Part shown: one piece after another, positions 21,975-32,502 of the stretch | Numbering within the stretch: the stretch's first letter is position 1 | How the letters are laid out: every line of letters begins with the position of its first letter | Origin: Pseudomonadota bacterium | GTDB lineage: Bacteria; Pseudomonadota; Gammaproteobacteria; Burkholderiales; Methylophilaceae | Direction: 5' to 3' | DNA: 64,000 nucleotides | NCBI GenBank assembly: GCA_043779795.1 | Contig: JAYWDO010000007.1 | Span: 18,157-82,156 of the forward strand | Made by a program: the position numbers and the translations under genes | Notes under the pieces: generated by a model | What the model was told of the DNA's origin: nothing | Seen by the model: only the letters and a program-made list of their open reading frames with translations | Database searches by the model: none

Positions 21975-21999
21975 TTCTGGCAATTTAATACCCAGCTTT
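21959..21999. terminator. Hairpin between convergent DUF2788 gene and relA
   Basis: AAAGCTGGG...CCCAGCTTT inverted repeat with AT-rich inner pairing. Confidence 0.5.
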
Positions 22000-22036
22000 C
22001 AATATTAAACCCTAGCTTCGTGATTGATTTTATTTG

Positions 22037-22099
22037 GTCGCTCACATCGCATAGCAGGCTTTTCCGACCTAAAGCTTGCACCTCAATATTAGCTGGCAT
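22037..22099 (-). pseudogene. Out-of-frame remnant of the RelA ACT/RRM domain
   Basis: 8 nt after the relA stop, another frame reads MPANIEVQALGRKSLLCDVSD, resembling the ACT start PxDIxVxAxDRxGLLxDVS. Confidence 0.7.
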
Positions 22100-22107
22100 A
22101 TTTAAAT

Positions 22108-24105
22108 TTAAATAATGACCCACTGCGCACTAAACACTCTATCGCGCCGCCCTTTAGGCAATTTTAGAATGAAGCTGCAAGCTTTGCAGTGAATAGTCAC
22201 GCCGTGGTCACGTGTGAGATAGCCAACAATCGCATCAGATGACATAGGGTTGCAGCATTTGGCGGTACCAGTTTGCAGATTGTCTATGCCTTCAATCACA
22301 ATGCCTTCGGCCAAGCCATCAGCCCGAAATTTTAAAGCATTGCTGCGTTTAGATGTGGGCAGCTTAGCCACTTCTTTCGGCTTTGGTGCTTCATTTTCCT
22401 GAATGGCGAGAGCGATTTGATATTCACTCACATCCCCACGCCCAATGGCCGCCAAAAAATCTTCAAGTTTTTGAAATTGCAATTTCTGTGCGATTTTTTC
22501 TTGATTGACTGCGCCGACACCCGCTCTATGTAATTCGCGGTCGAGTTTTGCCCTGCCCTGTGCAACATTTTCTTCGAAATACTGGTATTTGAACCAGTGC
22601 CTGACTTTGGCACGTGCGCTAGGCGTTTGCAGAAATCCGAGCGTAGCATTTAACCAATCGCGACTAGGCGAACCAATTTTTGAAGTGAGTATTTCCACAC
22701 GCTCACCATTTTGTAATTTGGTATTCAATGAAACAATGCTTCCATTCACCTTAGCCCCGCGTGTGCGATGCCCTAAATCAGTATGCAGGCTGTAAGCGAA
22801 ATCGATTGGCGTAGCGCCTTTGGGCAGGTCGATAACCTTGCCCTGTGGTGTCAACACATAGACTTTATCCTGAAACAGTTCGCTTTTAAATTGTTCTATC
22901 AAGTCTCCGCTATCTGATACTTCGTCCTTCCATGCCAGAATCTGTCGCAGCCAAGCAATTTTCTCATCGAATTTAGCGTCTGATTTACCACCTTCTTTGT
23001 AACGCCAATGTGCTGCGACACCCAGTTCAGAATACTGATGCATCTCTAAGGTACGAATCTGTACCTCTAGCGCAAGACCATTAGGCCCACTGACGGCGGT
23101 ATGCAGTGATCGATAATTATTACTCTTGGGGCGCGCAATATAGTCGTCGAATTCACCGGGAATAGGCTGCCATAGATTGTGAATCAAACCGAGTGCAGCA
23201 TAACAATCTTTGATGTCATCAACCAAGATCCGCACCGCACGAACATCGTAAAGTTCGTTAAAATCTAAGTGCTTACTTTTCATCTTTTTGATGATGCTGT
23301 AAATATGCTTAGGCCGCCCTGTCACCTCACCTTTAATACCTGCTTGGTTCAACTCAACTTTTAGCTGACTCACAACGTCAATGATATATTGTTCACGGTC
23401 TACGCGGCGCTCATCAAGCATTCTTGCAACATCTTTGTAGCGCTGAGGCTCTAAGTAGCGTAGCGAGAGGTCTTCCAACTCCCATTTAATTTGCCACACA
23501 CCGAGGCGATTGGCGAGTGGCGCAAAGATTCCTAAGCTTTCCTGCGCAATCCGTTTCTGTTGGCTTGGGCTAGCGCCAGACAGGCGACGCAAGGTTTGTG
23601 TGCGCTCAGCCAGCTTGATTAGCACCACTCGAATATCTTCTACCATCGCTAACAACATTTTCCGCAAGCTTTCTATCTGCTGTAAGTGGTCGTCATTTTT
23701 CCGATCAGTGTCATGCAGACCTTCAGTCTCACTAAATTCCTGAATCTGTTCCATGCGTGAAATGCCTTCAACTAAACTGGCAACATTAGCGCCGAAACGT
23801 GTTTCCAGTATTGCCCGCCAATCGTCTAAATAATCAGGCACGGCATGTAATATAGTGGCCAAAATTGTTTCCGCATCCATATTCATATCGATTAGGATCG
23901 TCGCCGCGCACAGCGCATGTTGCAACAGTGGCGCACCCGTCAGTTCAACATGGCCAGCATAGAGCGGATTAGCTAGATCGCAGGCATGTCGAATCAACTC
24001 GATTTCAGTAAGCGAGAAACGCTGTGCTGAAGATTTAATCCACGATGAAATCTCGCTCTCATTTGGAACAAGTAAAGAAAAATTATGGTTATAGGCAGAA
24101 ATCAC
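22108..24105 (-). CDS. relA: RelA (p)ppGpp synthetase, C-terminally truncated (no in-frame ACT domain)
   Basis: Degenerate HD (LHAV), IFAPLANRLG, GRPKHIYSI, YDVRAVR, YRSLHT, EVQIRT, TGS domain (TPIDFAY), ZFD-like CC..H...C; ends at AQWVII. Confidence 0.93.
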   Translation of the reverse strand: MISAYNHNFSLLVPNESEISSWIKSSAQRFSLTEIELIRHACDLANPLYAGHVELTGAPLLQHALCAATILIDMNMDAETILATILHAVPDYLDDWRAILETRFGANVASLVEGISRMEQIQEFSETEGLHDTDRKNDDHLQQIESLRKMLLAMVEDIRVVLIKLAERTQTLRRLSGASPSQQKRIAQESLGIFAPLANRLGVWQIKWELEDLSLRYLEPQRYKDVARMLDERRVDREQYIIDVVSQLKVELNQAGIKGEVTGRPKHIYSIIKKMKSKHLDFNELYDVRAVRILVDDIKDCYAALGLIHNLWQPIPGEFDDYIARPKSNNYRSLHTAVSGPNGLALEVQIRTLEMHQYSELGVAAHWRYKEGGKSDAKFDEKIAWLRQILAWKDEVSDSGDLIEQFKSELFQDKVYVLTPQGKVIDLPKGATPIDFAYSLHTDLGHRTRGAKVNGSIVSLNTKLQNGERVEILTSKIGSPSRDWLNATLGFLQTPSARAKVRHWFKYQYFEENVAQGRAKLDRELHRAGVGAVNQEKIAQKLQFQKLEDFLAAIGRGDVSEYQIALAIQENEAPKPKEVAKLPTSKRSNALKFRADGLAEGIVIEGIDNLQTGTAKCCNPMSSDAIVGYLTRDHGVTIHCKACSFILKLPKGRRDRVFSAQWVII

Positions 24106-24173
24106 AAAATATTATCGCATTAAAGTACGTAGCGTATGTTGGCAACTGTCAGCAATGCGTCGAAATTACCTAA

Positions 24174-24515
24174 TATGCCTCTATCAGAGGTAAAGCAGAC
24201 AAAGATTTTCAATACCATCATCAGCCATTTGGATACTTCAAAAACTTGACTGAAGGCACCTCAGGACGACGGCAGCACCTTAAGGATGAATCAGACTTTT
24301 TAGCGGGAATACAAAGTGGGAATCTGCCAGCGGTTTCTTTTTATAAGCCTCTGGGTAAGTTTAATGAACATTCTGGCTATGCCGAAGTATTATCTGGCGA
24401 CCAGCATGTGGCTGACATTGTGAGCAGTATAGAGCGCAGTTCTTTATGGGAAAATCGCGTCATTATTGTCACCTATTCTGAAATTAATTGAGTCGCGTTA
24501 CGGCCCGGATACACT
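24174..24515 (+). pseudogene. Internal fragment of an AcpA/phospholipase C-type phosphoesterase
   Basis: DFQYHHQPFGYFKN...HLKDESDF...LPAVSFYKP..NEHSGYA...SGDQHVADIV...VIIVTYSE, then a stop and a nearby RYGP remnant; no start or signal peptide. Confidence 0.8.
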
Positions 24516-24618
24516 GGGTTCTCGTGATACTGCAGCAAATGGCTTGAGTAATGCCTTTGTTGATTAAATGCGGACAGTTTTTAATATTACTATTGGCTAA
24601 CAGTCATTATTTCCGGGT

Positions 24619-25827
24619 TTAAAATAAGCACTTAACCGCGTCTAATCTAGCCTCAAAAACGGCTGCTTTAATTTTTTCTGACTCCGTGAAAGCGCTAGCT
24701 ACTAAGCCTGCATCTACACTTAACGCAGCTTCCAGCACCTTAGACATCAAATCAGCTGCGGGGGTTGGACATAGCTCTAACCCCGCTCTACCGAGTGAAT
24801 CCGCCTCACATGCTTTGAGAAAGTCTTTAAATCGAGCTGGCTGACGAATAGCATCTAACTCGATTAAAAAACTCAACAAGGTACTTGGCTTCAATTGTAG
24901 AGATTGGTGTAATTTCCCATGAAATTTAGCAACAATTTGTGCTAACTCTTTACAATCATTGGGCACTTTTATTCGCTTGCAAACGTCTTTAACCAAATTA
25001 AAGCTACGCTCTTCATGACCAATATGTTTAGGCAAAATATTGGCTGGTGCAGCACCTTTACCTAGGTCGTGCATTAGTGCGGCAAAGCGTATTGGCAATG
25101 AGTAATTTTGACTTGCGGCATAATCAACCACCATCATCACATGTACGCCAGTATCAACTTCTGGGTGATGTTGTGCTGGTTGCGGTACGCCCCAAAGGCA
25201 ATTAAGCTCTGGCAATATTTTTTGCAAAGCGCCACACTCGCGTAGCACCTCAAACATACGGCTTGGCTTCGCTTCCATTAAGCCTTTTGCAAGCTCTTGC
25301 CAAACACGCTCTGACACAAGCGCATCCACCTCGCCTGCTTGCACCATTTGGCACATTAGCATCATGGTTTCTGCTGCTAAATTGAATTCAGTAAAGCGTG
25401 CGGCAAAGCGGGCTGCGCGTAAAATTCGCACGGGGTCTTCTGCAAAGGCATCGCTGACATGGCGAAGGGTTCTAGATTGAATATCCGCAAGACCATTAAA
25501 GGGGTCAATGAGCTTACCATCGTCAGCTTTGGCGATTGCGTTGATGGTTAAATCACGGCGTGCTAAGTCTTCTTCCAAGGTTACTTCTGGTGAAGTGTGA
25601 ACAACAAAGCCTTTATAGCCTTTAGCTGTCTTTCGTTCTGTTCGCGCTAACGCATATTCATCATGCGTGATAGGATGCAAAAATATAGGGAAGTCTTTAC
25701 CAACAGGCTTAAAGCCAGCGGCAACCATCGCTTCTGGTGTACTACCAACCACGACAAAATCTTTATCTTTGACAGAAAATCCGAGCAATTCATCGCGTAC
25801 TGCCCCACCCACCACGTATGTTTGCAT
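24619..25827 (-). CDS. cca: Multifunctional CCA-adding enzyme
   Basis: VGGAVRD, DKD, DLARRDLTINA, EDPVRILRAARF, HPEVDTG, HD domain (LMHDLGKG). Confidence 0.97.
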   Translation of the reverse strand: MQTYVVGGAVRDELLGFSVKDKDFVVVGSTPEAMVAAGFKPVGKDFPIFLHPITHDEYALARTERKTAKGYKGFVVHTSPEVTLEEDLARRDLTINAIAKADDGKLIDPFNGLADIQSRTLRHVSDAFAEDPVRILRAARFAARFTEFNLAAETMMLMCQMVQAGEVDALVSERVWQELAKGLMEAKPSRMFEVLRECGALQKILPELNCLWGVPQPAQHHPEVDTGVHVMMVVDYAASQNYSLPIRFAALMHDLGKGAAPANILPKHIGHEERSFNLVKDVCKRIKVPNDCKELAQIVAKFHGKLHQSLQLKPSTLLSFLIELDAIRQPARFKDFLKACEADSLGRAGLELCPTPAADLMSKVLEAALSVDAGLVASAFTESEKIKAAVFEARLDAVKCLF

Positions 25828-25844
25828 AAGCTTACCCCAGCAAA

Positions 25845-26792
25845 TTACCTAGCCGCATTTTGACGAAAACGATCATAGGCACCACGCGCTGTTTCATCAA
25901 TTAAGTACTCTGGCATCACTGCTTCTAAGGCAACAGGAGCCACGCCAAATATCGCAGGAAACGGATTAGCACTCACGCTATCAATTTCCATAGAACGTAT
26001 ATTATCGCGTGACATTAACTTAATCGGTAACAACTCCATCATAAAAGCTTGCGCGTATGAAAGTTTGTCACACAAACCAATAATCGGGCGTTCAATATTT
26101 AAAGTGTTCATCACCTGCTGCACCAACTCGCGGAAAGTATATATTTTTGGTCCTGCAAGTTCATAGGTTTGACCGTATGTATTGGTATTTTCAAGGCTTT
26201 TTACAAAGCAACTAGCCACATCCTCAACCCAAATCGGCTGAAATTTAGCATTAGGCTTCACCAGCAGCATTACAGGTAAAAGCTTGATAAGTGTTGCGAA
26301 TAGGTTAGTAAACGCATCACCACGGCCAAAAATAATAGATGGTTTAAAAATAGTGATATTCACTTGATCTTTTAAGGCTGCCAAGGCCATCTCGCCCAAG
26401 GCTTTAGATTGTAAATATTGGCTAGGGGCACTTTTTTCTGCCTGCAGGCTACTCATGTGCAATAAGCGGGTAATACCTAAATCCGCACAAATTTTTACTA
26501 GCTGCGCTGGTAATTGATGATGCATAGTATTAAAGCTAAAGCGGCGGCCTTGATGCAAAATACCCATTAAATTAATCACCGCATCAGCACCTTTTAATGC
26601 CGAGTTTAACGTTTGGTAATCCAGCACATTACATTCTACCACTTGCACATTAGGTAATAAAAAAAGGTGCTTGGCCCTGTCGCGCCGGCGAGTAAGCACT
26701 TTCACTACGTAGCCTGCAGCATCTAACTTAGCGACAATTGCACTGCCTACAAAGCCAGAACCACCTAATACGCATATTTCTTTTAATCTCAT
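25845..26792 (-). CDS. NDUFA9-like atypical SDR / NAD-dependent epimerase
   Basis: GGSGFVG, HMSSL, YLQSK, KPSIIFG, FQPIWVEDVA. Confidence 0.88.
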   Translation of the reverse strand: MRLKEICVLGGSGFVGSAIVAKLDAAGYVVKVLTRRRDRAKHLFLLPNVQVVECNVLDYQTLNSALKGADAVINLMGILHQGRRFSFNTMHHQLPAQLVKICADLGITRLLHMSSLQAEKSAPSQYLQSKALGEMALAALKDQVNITIFKPSIIFGRGDAFTNLFATLIKLLPVMLLVKPNAKFQPIWVEDVASCFVKSLENTNTYGQTYELAGPKIYTFRELVQQVMNTLNIERPIIGLCDKLSYAQAFMMELLPIKLMSRDNIRSMEIDSVSANPFPAIFGVAPVALEAVMPEYLIDETARGAYDRFRQNAAR

Positions 26793-26834
26793 GTTGAACC
26801 TTATATTTTTATTTAACTGACTAATTCTTAAAAA

Positions 26835-28790
26835 CTATTCACTATCCGCATCAACAATTACTGGGTTACCACTGCCTGGAATAACGCCTAAACGTGATTT
26901 TAACGATTGAATTTTAGTGCCTAAACGTGGTGCATAAAAGTTGGCATTAGCCATTACTTTTTGTACATAATTTCTGGTTTCAGCAAACGGAATACTCTCG
27001 ATATAAATAGCCGCCTCTAGTGGCTCGCTAGCCACCCAACGCTTCGCACGGCTAGGGCCGGCATTGTAGGCGGCTGTTGCCATTACAGCTTGCCCACCCA
27101 TTATATCTAAAGTGTATCTCATGTAATAAGTACCAATATTGATATTGGTACTTAAATCATGGATTTTGTCATTACTGTAACTAACCATACCCATGCGCTT
27201 TGCGGCCCATTTTGCAGTAGTCGGCATTAATTGCATTAACCCTGAGGCACCTACACCAGATTTTGCATAATGCATAAAGCGGCTTTCTTGACGCGTCAAA
27301 CCATATACCCAAGCTTCGTCGATATTTTCGCTATTGGCCGAGCTACGCATTAAATCGCGATAAGGGATTGGGTAGCGCAAGCTAAAATCATGAATTTTTT
27401 TGGTGTTATCTGCGGTAATAATGGCAATGTCATACCACTTTTGCCGTGATGCATATTCTGCTGCCGCAAGCAGCTGCTTATCGTCAAAATTATGCGTCGC
27501 CCACACCCATTCAGCTTTTGCTTCCCAGCGCAGATCTAAACGCTGTAACTCTAATGCACGCTTAATCGCAGGTAAGCTGGCGATTGCTGTTACTTCATTC
27601 TCGCTGACGGTGTAACCTTCATCAGGGCTACTCATCATGCTCTCCAGCTCATCCGCCGCTAGCCAGCCATAGTAATGTCGCTCCGTAGAAAGCTTACTGA
27701 AAATTGCATTTGCTTCGGCTTGCTGACCTGAGCCTTGTAATGCTTGCTCTTTTAAAGCGCGTGCTTTCCAATAGCGCCAAGCGCCTTCTTCTAACTGTTT
27801 TGGTTGCATTGCAGCTATGGCAGTCAGCACCGTTGGCCAGTCTTTAGTACGCAGGGCAGCTCTAATTTCCCAGGCTAATTGCTCTTTATCCAGACTAGTA
27901 TTTTTAGCCAAAACATAAAATTCAATGGCCTGTGGATGATGGCTACGCGCAGCATGGTAAGCAATTCGACCCCAACCAAAAGCACGATTTTCAGCATCTA
28001 AAGAATCCTGTACATTTTTAAAGCTGCTGATTGCAGACTCTAATTTAGTTCGCGCCAAGCGGTCAAGCGCATATAAATTAAGCTCCATGCCGAATCGCGA
28101 TTTAAATGAAACTATTTTTTTATCAAGGATTAATTGCGGTGTTAAATTTGCACGATCTAGCAACTTTAGCTCTGTAGCATCAATACTTGGCAGGCGTGTC
28201 GCAATACTTTTAGCTAGACTCAGTTTTCCATCTTGTAAGGCCAAACGAAACCGCGCCCAAATATCGTCTATACTCAAATCGCCTTTTTTCTGCATCACAT
28301 CAAACAGTTGATTACAGTTGCTAGGTAAATCGGTACTGGTTAACCATAAAATTTTTGTTTGGCTACTAACGTCGGCATCGCCCAATTGAGCGTGACCAAG
28401 CAAGGCGTAACATTGCACGGCAACATCATCACGCTGAAAATTGGCATGCTCCTCAAAAAACGCATTCCAATTTTGTTGTTTAGCTAACTTTTTTAGCCAC
28501 TCTCCGCGCACGCGCTCAGTAAATGGCATCTCGATATATTGTGCTAAAAAGTTTTGCACTTCTTCATCACGGGCATTTTCTAATTTGAGCAGCATTAGCC
28601 AGTAATCAGCATAAGGCGTTAAGAGATATTGTTGGGCTTTGAGCTGACTAACATCATCAGCTAAAGCGATTTCATTTTTAGTGGTATAAGAGTCACGTGC
28701 GTGCTGAAACAATGCCTCGTCCGAGAGTGCAAATGTCTGAGCAGACAGAGTGGTGGTGAGAATTGCTAATAAGAGGCGAATATAAAACAT
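26835..28790 (-). CDS. slt: Soluble lytic murein transglycosylase Slt70-like
   Basis: Signal peptide; RQES, GLMQLMP, AAYNAGP, IPFAETRNYV. Confidence 0.93.
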   Translation of the reverse strand: MFYIRLLLAILTTTLSAQTFALSDEALFQHARDSYTTKNEIALADDVSQLKAQQYLLTPYADYWLMLLKLENARDEEVQNFLAQYIEMPFTERVRGEWLKKLAKQQNWNAFFEEHANFQRDDVAVQCYALLGHAQLGDADVSSQTKILWLTSTDLPSNCNQLFDVMQKKGDLSIDDIWARFRLALQDGKLSLAKSIATRLPSIDATELKLLDRANLTPQLILDKKIVSFKSRFGMELNLYALDRLARTKLESAISSFKNVQDSLDAENRAFGWGRIAYHAARSHHPQAIEFYVLAKNTSLDKEQLAWEIRAALRTKDWPTVLTAIAAMQPKQLEEGAWRYWKARALKEQALQGSGQQAEANAIFSKLSTERHYYGWLAADELESMMSSPDEGYTVSENEVTAIASLPAIKRALELQRLDLRWEAKAEWVWATHNFDDKQLLAAAEYASRQKWYDIAIITADNTKKIHDFSLRYPIPYRDLMRSSANSENIDEAWVYGLTRQESRFMHYAKSGVGASGLMQLMPTTAKWAAKRMGMVSYSNDKIHDLSTNINIGTYYMRYTLDIMGGQAVMATAAYNAGPSRAKRWVASEPLEAAIYIESIPFAETRNYVQKVMANANFYAPRLGTKIQSLKSRLGVIPGSGNPVIVDADSE

Positions 28791-28868
28791 GGAACGCCCT
28801 TTCGAATGGATGACAACGCTTGTTTAAATCATTAGTGCTTAAATAGTATTTAAATACGTCAATTAAAT

Positions 28869-29801
28869 TTAGAAAATTGGCTCAGTAATTAGTTGCGTTG
28901 ATTGCGATAAAAATGCTGCTGGTGCATCTTCTTTCTTTTCAAAAGTCGTGTATTCCCAAGCCGTTTCATCTTGCAACAAAGCGCGTAGCAGTTGATTATT
29001 GAGTGCATGTCCAGATTTGTAAGCATAAAAAGCACCTAAAATGGGGTGCCCCAGCATATACAAATCCCCAATAGCATCTAACACTTTATGTTTGACAAAC
29101 TCGTCTTCGTAGCGCAAACCATCGGTATTTAGGACTCGATATTCGTCTAAAACAATAGCGTTATCCAAGCTACCACCACGCGCTAATCCATTAGAGCGCA
29201 AATACTCAACTTCGTGCATAAAACCAAAAGTACGGGCACGGCTGATTTCTTTAATATATGAATCTGTAGCAAAATCAATTTTTACATTGCTTCCAGAATG
29301 CTCAAATACGGGGTGATTAAAATGAATGGTGAAGTCAATCTTAAAACCATGATATGGCTCAAAACGTACCCACTTATCGCCTTCAATCACTTCTACCGTT
29401 TTTTTAACACGTATAAATTTCTTAGGCGCGGCCTGTTCAATAATGCCGGCTTCTTGCAATAAAAATACAAACGGACCAGAACTACCGTCCATAATCGGAA
29501 TTTCAGCAGCATTTACATCAATATATACATTATCTACACCTAAGCCTGCAAGTGCAGACATGATGTGTTCAACGGTAGCAATTCGCACACCATTAGCCTC
29601 TAACGCAGAACACATGCGTGTGTCGTGTACTGCGCTAGGTGTCGCTAAAATTTCATTAGGTTGAGGCAGGTCAACCCGTTTGAAAACAATACCAGTATCA
29701 GGTGCAGCAGGTCGAAGGGTAAGAGTAACCTTTTCGCCGTTGTGCAAGCCAACGCCAGTGGCGCTAATCGCTTTTTTTAATGTATGCTGCTTTAACATCA
29801 A
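28869..29801 (-). CDS. lpxC: UDP-3-O-acyl-GlcNAc deacetylase
   Basis: [38 protein letters not shown]. Confidence 0.97.
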   Translation of the reverse strand: MMLKQHTLKKAISATGVGLHNGEKVTLTLRPAAPDTGIVFKRVDLPQPNEILATPSAVHDTRMCSALEANGVRIATVEHIMSALAGLGVDNVYIDVNAAEIPIMDGSSGPFVFLLQEAGIIEQAAPKKFIRVKKTVEVIEGDKWVRFEPYHGFKIDFTIHFNHPVFEHSGSNVKIDFATDSYIKEISRARTFGFMHEVEYLRSNGLARGGSLDNAIVLDEYRVLNTDGLRYEDEFVKHKVLDAIGDLYMLGHPILGAFYAYKSGHALNNQLLRALLQDETAWEYTTFEKKEDAPAAFLSQSTQLITEPIF

Positions 29802-29962
29802 TTATTCAAAATCCCTATATCAAAACCTTACATTTACTTACATAAAATATGCATATTTGTCTTATTAATCAAGAAAATAATAACATATTTCACTTAAATC
29901 CAGTGAAACCGCAAACTAGCCTAACGGCACAAACAAGCTAAACAAAAGTTTAAAGCGTTCGA

Positions 29963-31141
29963 TTAGTCCGCTTGTTTGCGTAAAAATGCAGGAATATCAT
30001 ACTCTTCAACACCTGACATTTTCATCGCTTCCACTTGCGCACGACGGCTATTTGAACCAAATACTGCAGGCGCTTCGTCATCCATCATATTGGTGTTGCC
30101 ACCCATATACATCGGCTGATTAGTTGTACCATTACGCAATATTTCTTGTGGCATTACACGTAACTCAGGTTTTTGTTGACGACGCTGTGAGCCGGTTAAG
30201 CCTGTAGCAACCATCGTAACGCGCAAACCATCACCCATTGTTTCATCAAACACATTACCAACAATCACTGTGGCATCATCTGCAGTAAACGCTTTAATAG
30301 TGTTCATCACATCATAGTATTCTTTCATTTTGAAAGAGCTAGAAGTGGTAATGTTCACTAAAACGCCGCGTGCATTAGCTAGATTAACATCTTCAAGCAA
30401 TGGGCTTGCCACGGCTTGTTCCGCCGCAATACGTGCGCGATCTGGGCCTGTTGCAAGTGCCGAGCCCATCATTGCCATACCCATTTCGCTCATCACTGTA
30501 CGCACATCGGCAAAGTCGACGTTTACAGTACCCGCACAATTGATGATTTCGGCAATACCTGAAACCGCATTATGTAACACATCGTTAGCCGCTCTAAACG
30601 CTTCTAAAAATGGTACATCTTCGCCTAAAACTTCCATCAATTTTTCGTTAGGAATCACAATCAAAGAGTCTACATACTTTGATAACTCTTCTAGACCATC
30701 TGCAGCGACTTTAGTGCGTTTACCTTCAAAAGAGAAAGGTTTTGTTACAACAGCAACGGTTAATATGCCCATTTCTTTTGCAATTTTCGCAATGACTGGT
30801 GCAGCACCTGTACCAGTACCACCGCCCATACCTGCGGTAATAAACAACATATCAGCACCATCAATCAGTTCAGCAATCGCATCACGATCTTCAAGCGCGG
30901 CTTCACGACCTACTTCAGGTTTAGCGCCTGCCCCTAAACCTCTAGTCATGGTCTCGCCAATTTGCAATACAGTTTTAGCTTGGCTTTTTCTTAACGCTTG
31001 CATGTCAGTATTTGCGCAAATAAACTCTACACCGCCTACGTTCTTTTCTATCATGTGCGCAACGGCATTACCACCACAACCACCCACCCCAATCACCTTG
31101 ATAACAGCTTCTTGAGAACTTTTTTCCATAATTTCAAACAT
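29963..31141 (-). CDS. ftsZ: Cell division protein FtsZ
   Basis: GMGGGTGTG, NVDFADV, C-terminal DIPAFLRKQAD. Confidence 0.99.
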   Translation of the reverse strand: MFEIMEKSSQEAVIKVIGVGGCGGNAVAHMIEKNVGGVEFICANTDMQALRKSQAKTVLQIGETMTRGLGAGAKPEVGREAALEDRDAIAELIDGADMLFITAGMGGGTGTGAAPVIAKIAKEMGILTVAVVTKPFSFEGKRTKVAADGLEELSKYVDSLIVIPNEKLMEVLGEDVPFLEAFRAANDVLHNAVSGIAEIINCAGTVNVDFADVRTVMSEMGMAMMGSALATGPDRARIAAEQAVASPLLEDVNLANARGVLVNITTSSSFKMKEYYDVMNTIKAFTADDATVIVGNVFDETMGDGLRVTMVATGLTGSQRRQQKPELRVMPQEILRNGTTNQPMYMGGNTNMMDDEAPAVFGSNSRRAQVEAMKMSGVEEYDIPAFLRKQAD

Positions 31142-31233
31142 CGTGTATCTCCTCTTTTTAGTTTACTAATTTACTTCTGCCTGAACTATTTACTACCTGC
31201 CTTACATTTGTTTCTAACCTACCTAATAAAGCC

Positions 31234-32472
31234 TTAAAAATTACCTTGAAACCAGCTTTTCATTTTCTCCACCATGCGTGCAAATGAGTTGACTTCCATT
31301 TGTCCGCTTAAATGTCTTTCTAGTTGCTGTTTACCCATTAACACTAAGCCAACACCTGTTGCGTAGCGTGGATTGCTCACCACTTCTGACAGGCCGCCCA
31401 CGTAACGAGGCAGCCCCATACGTACTGGCATGTGGAATATCTCTTCACCCAATTCGACCATGCCGCGCATCATGGCTGAACCGCCTGTAATAACGATGCC
31501 TGATGCGATCATGTCCTCCATGCCGCTACGACGTAACTCATTCAACACCATCTCATACAACTCGACTATGCGTGGCTCTAGCACCTCGGCTAATGTTTGC
31601 ACTGACAATTGACGAGGTTCTCGGCCATCAACACCAGGCACTTCAACAACCTCGCGTGAATCTGCTAATTGGCGCAATGCACAACCATGCTTGATTTTAA
31701 TGTCTTCAGCGGATTGTGTAGGCGTACGGAACGCTACTGCCACATCATTGGTCATCTGATCGCCAGCGATCGGCACCACTGCGGTATGACGAATCGCGCC
31801 TTGTTTAAATACTGCAATATCCGTAGTTCCACCGCCAATATCTACCAAACAGACGCCTAACTCTTTTTCATCTTCAGTAAGCACCGCAAGACTTGACGCA
31901 AGCGGTTGTAGAATCAAATCACTCACTTCAATACCGCAACGCTTGATGCATTTCACAATATTTTGTGCTGCAGCCACTGCTCCCGTCACAATATGTACCT
32001 TCACCTCAAGTTTCATACCGCTCATACCTAATGGTTCACGCACGTCTTCTTGGCCGTCGATAATGAATTCCTGCGTCAGAATATGTAATATTTGCTGATC
32101 AGCTGGCAAAGCAATCGCTTGCGCTGTTTCAATTACACGGTCTACATCCATTTGTGAAACTTCAGCATCTTTAATCTTGACCATGCCGTGTGAATTCAGA
32201 CTTTTAATATGGCTACCAGCAATGCCCGTATATACATTATTGATTTTGCAATCGGCCATCAACTCAGCTTCTTCCAACGCGCGTTGAATAGATTGCATGG
32301 TCGATTCAATATTAATCACCACGCCTTTTTTTAAGCCGCGTGAAATATGTTGACCAAGCCCAATAACTTTTACTGTGCCTTCAGGTTGCAACTCAGCAAC
32401 AATAGCAACAATTTTTGAGGTGCCAATATCTAGCCCCACTATTAGATTTTTATCTTCTTTTGTTCTACTCAT
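31234..32472 (-). CDS. ftsA: Cell division protein FtsA
   Basis: GLDIGTSKI, DIGGGTTD, WFQGNF amphipathic end; start 32472 after AGGGAG. Confidence 0.98.
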   Translation of the reverse strand: MSRTKEDKNLIVGLDIGTSKIVAIVAELQPEGTVKVIGLGQHISRGLKKGVVINIESTMQSIQRALEEAELMADCKINNVYTGIAGSHIKSLNSHGMVKIKDAEVSQMDVDRVIETAQAIALPADQQILHILTQEFIIDGQEDVREPLGMSGMKLEVKVHIVTGAVAAAQNIVKCIKRCGIEVSDLILQPLASSLAVLTEDEKELGVCLVDIGGGTTDIAVFKQGAIRHTAVVPIAGDQMTNDVAVAFRTPTQSAEDIKIKHGCALRQLADSREVVEVPGVDGREPRQLSVQTLAEVLEPRIVELYEMVLNELRRSGMEDMIASGIVITGGSAMMRGMVELGEEIFHMPVRMGLPRYVGGLSEVVSNPRYATGVGLVLMGKQQLERHLSGQMEVNSFARMVEKMKSWFQGNF

Positions 32473-32502
32473 GTATTGCTCCCTCCGTGGTTTAGGCACG
32501 GT

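Noticed and set aside
30330-31115. 261-aa + strand ORF, and many other 60-146 aa ORFs in the track
   Set aside because: Antisense or alternate-frame shadows of conserved genes (here ftsZ); no motifs or RBS
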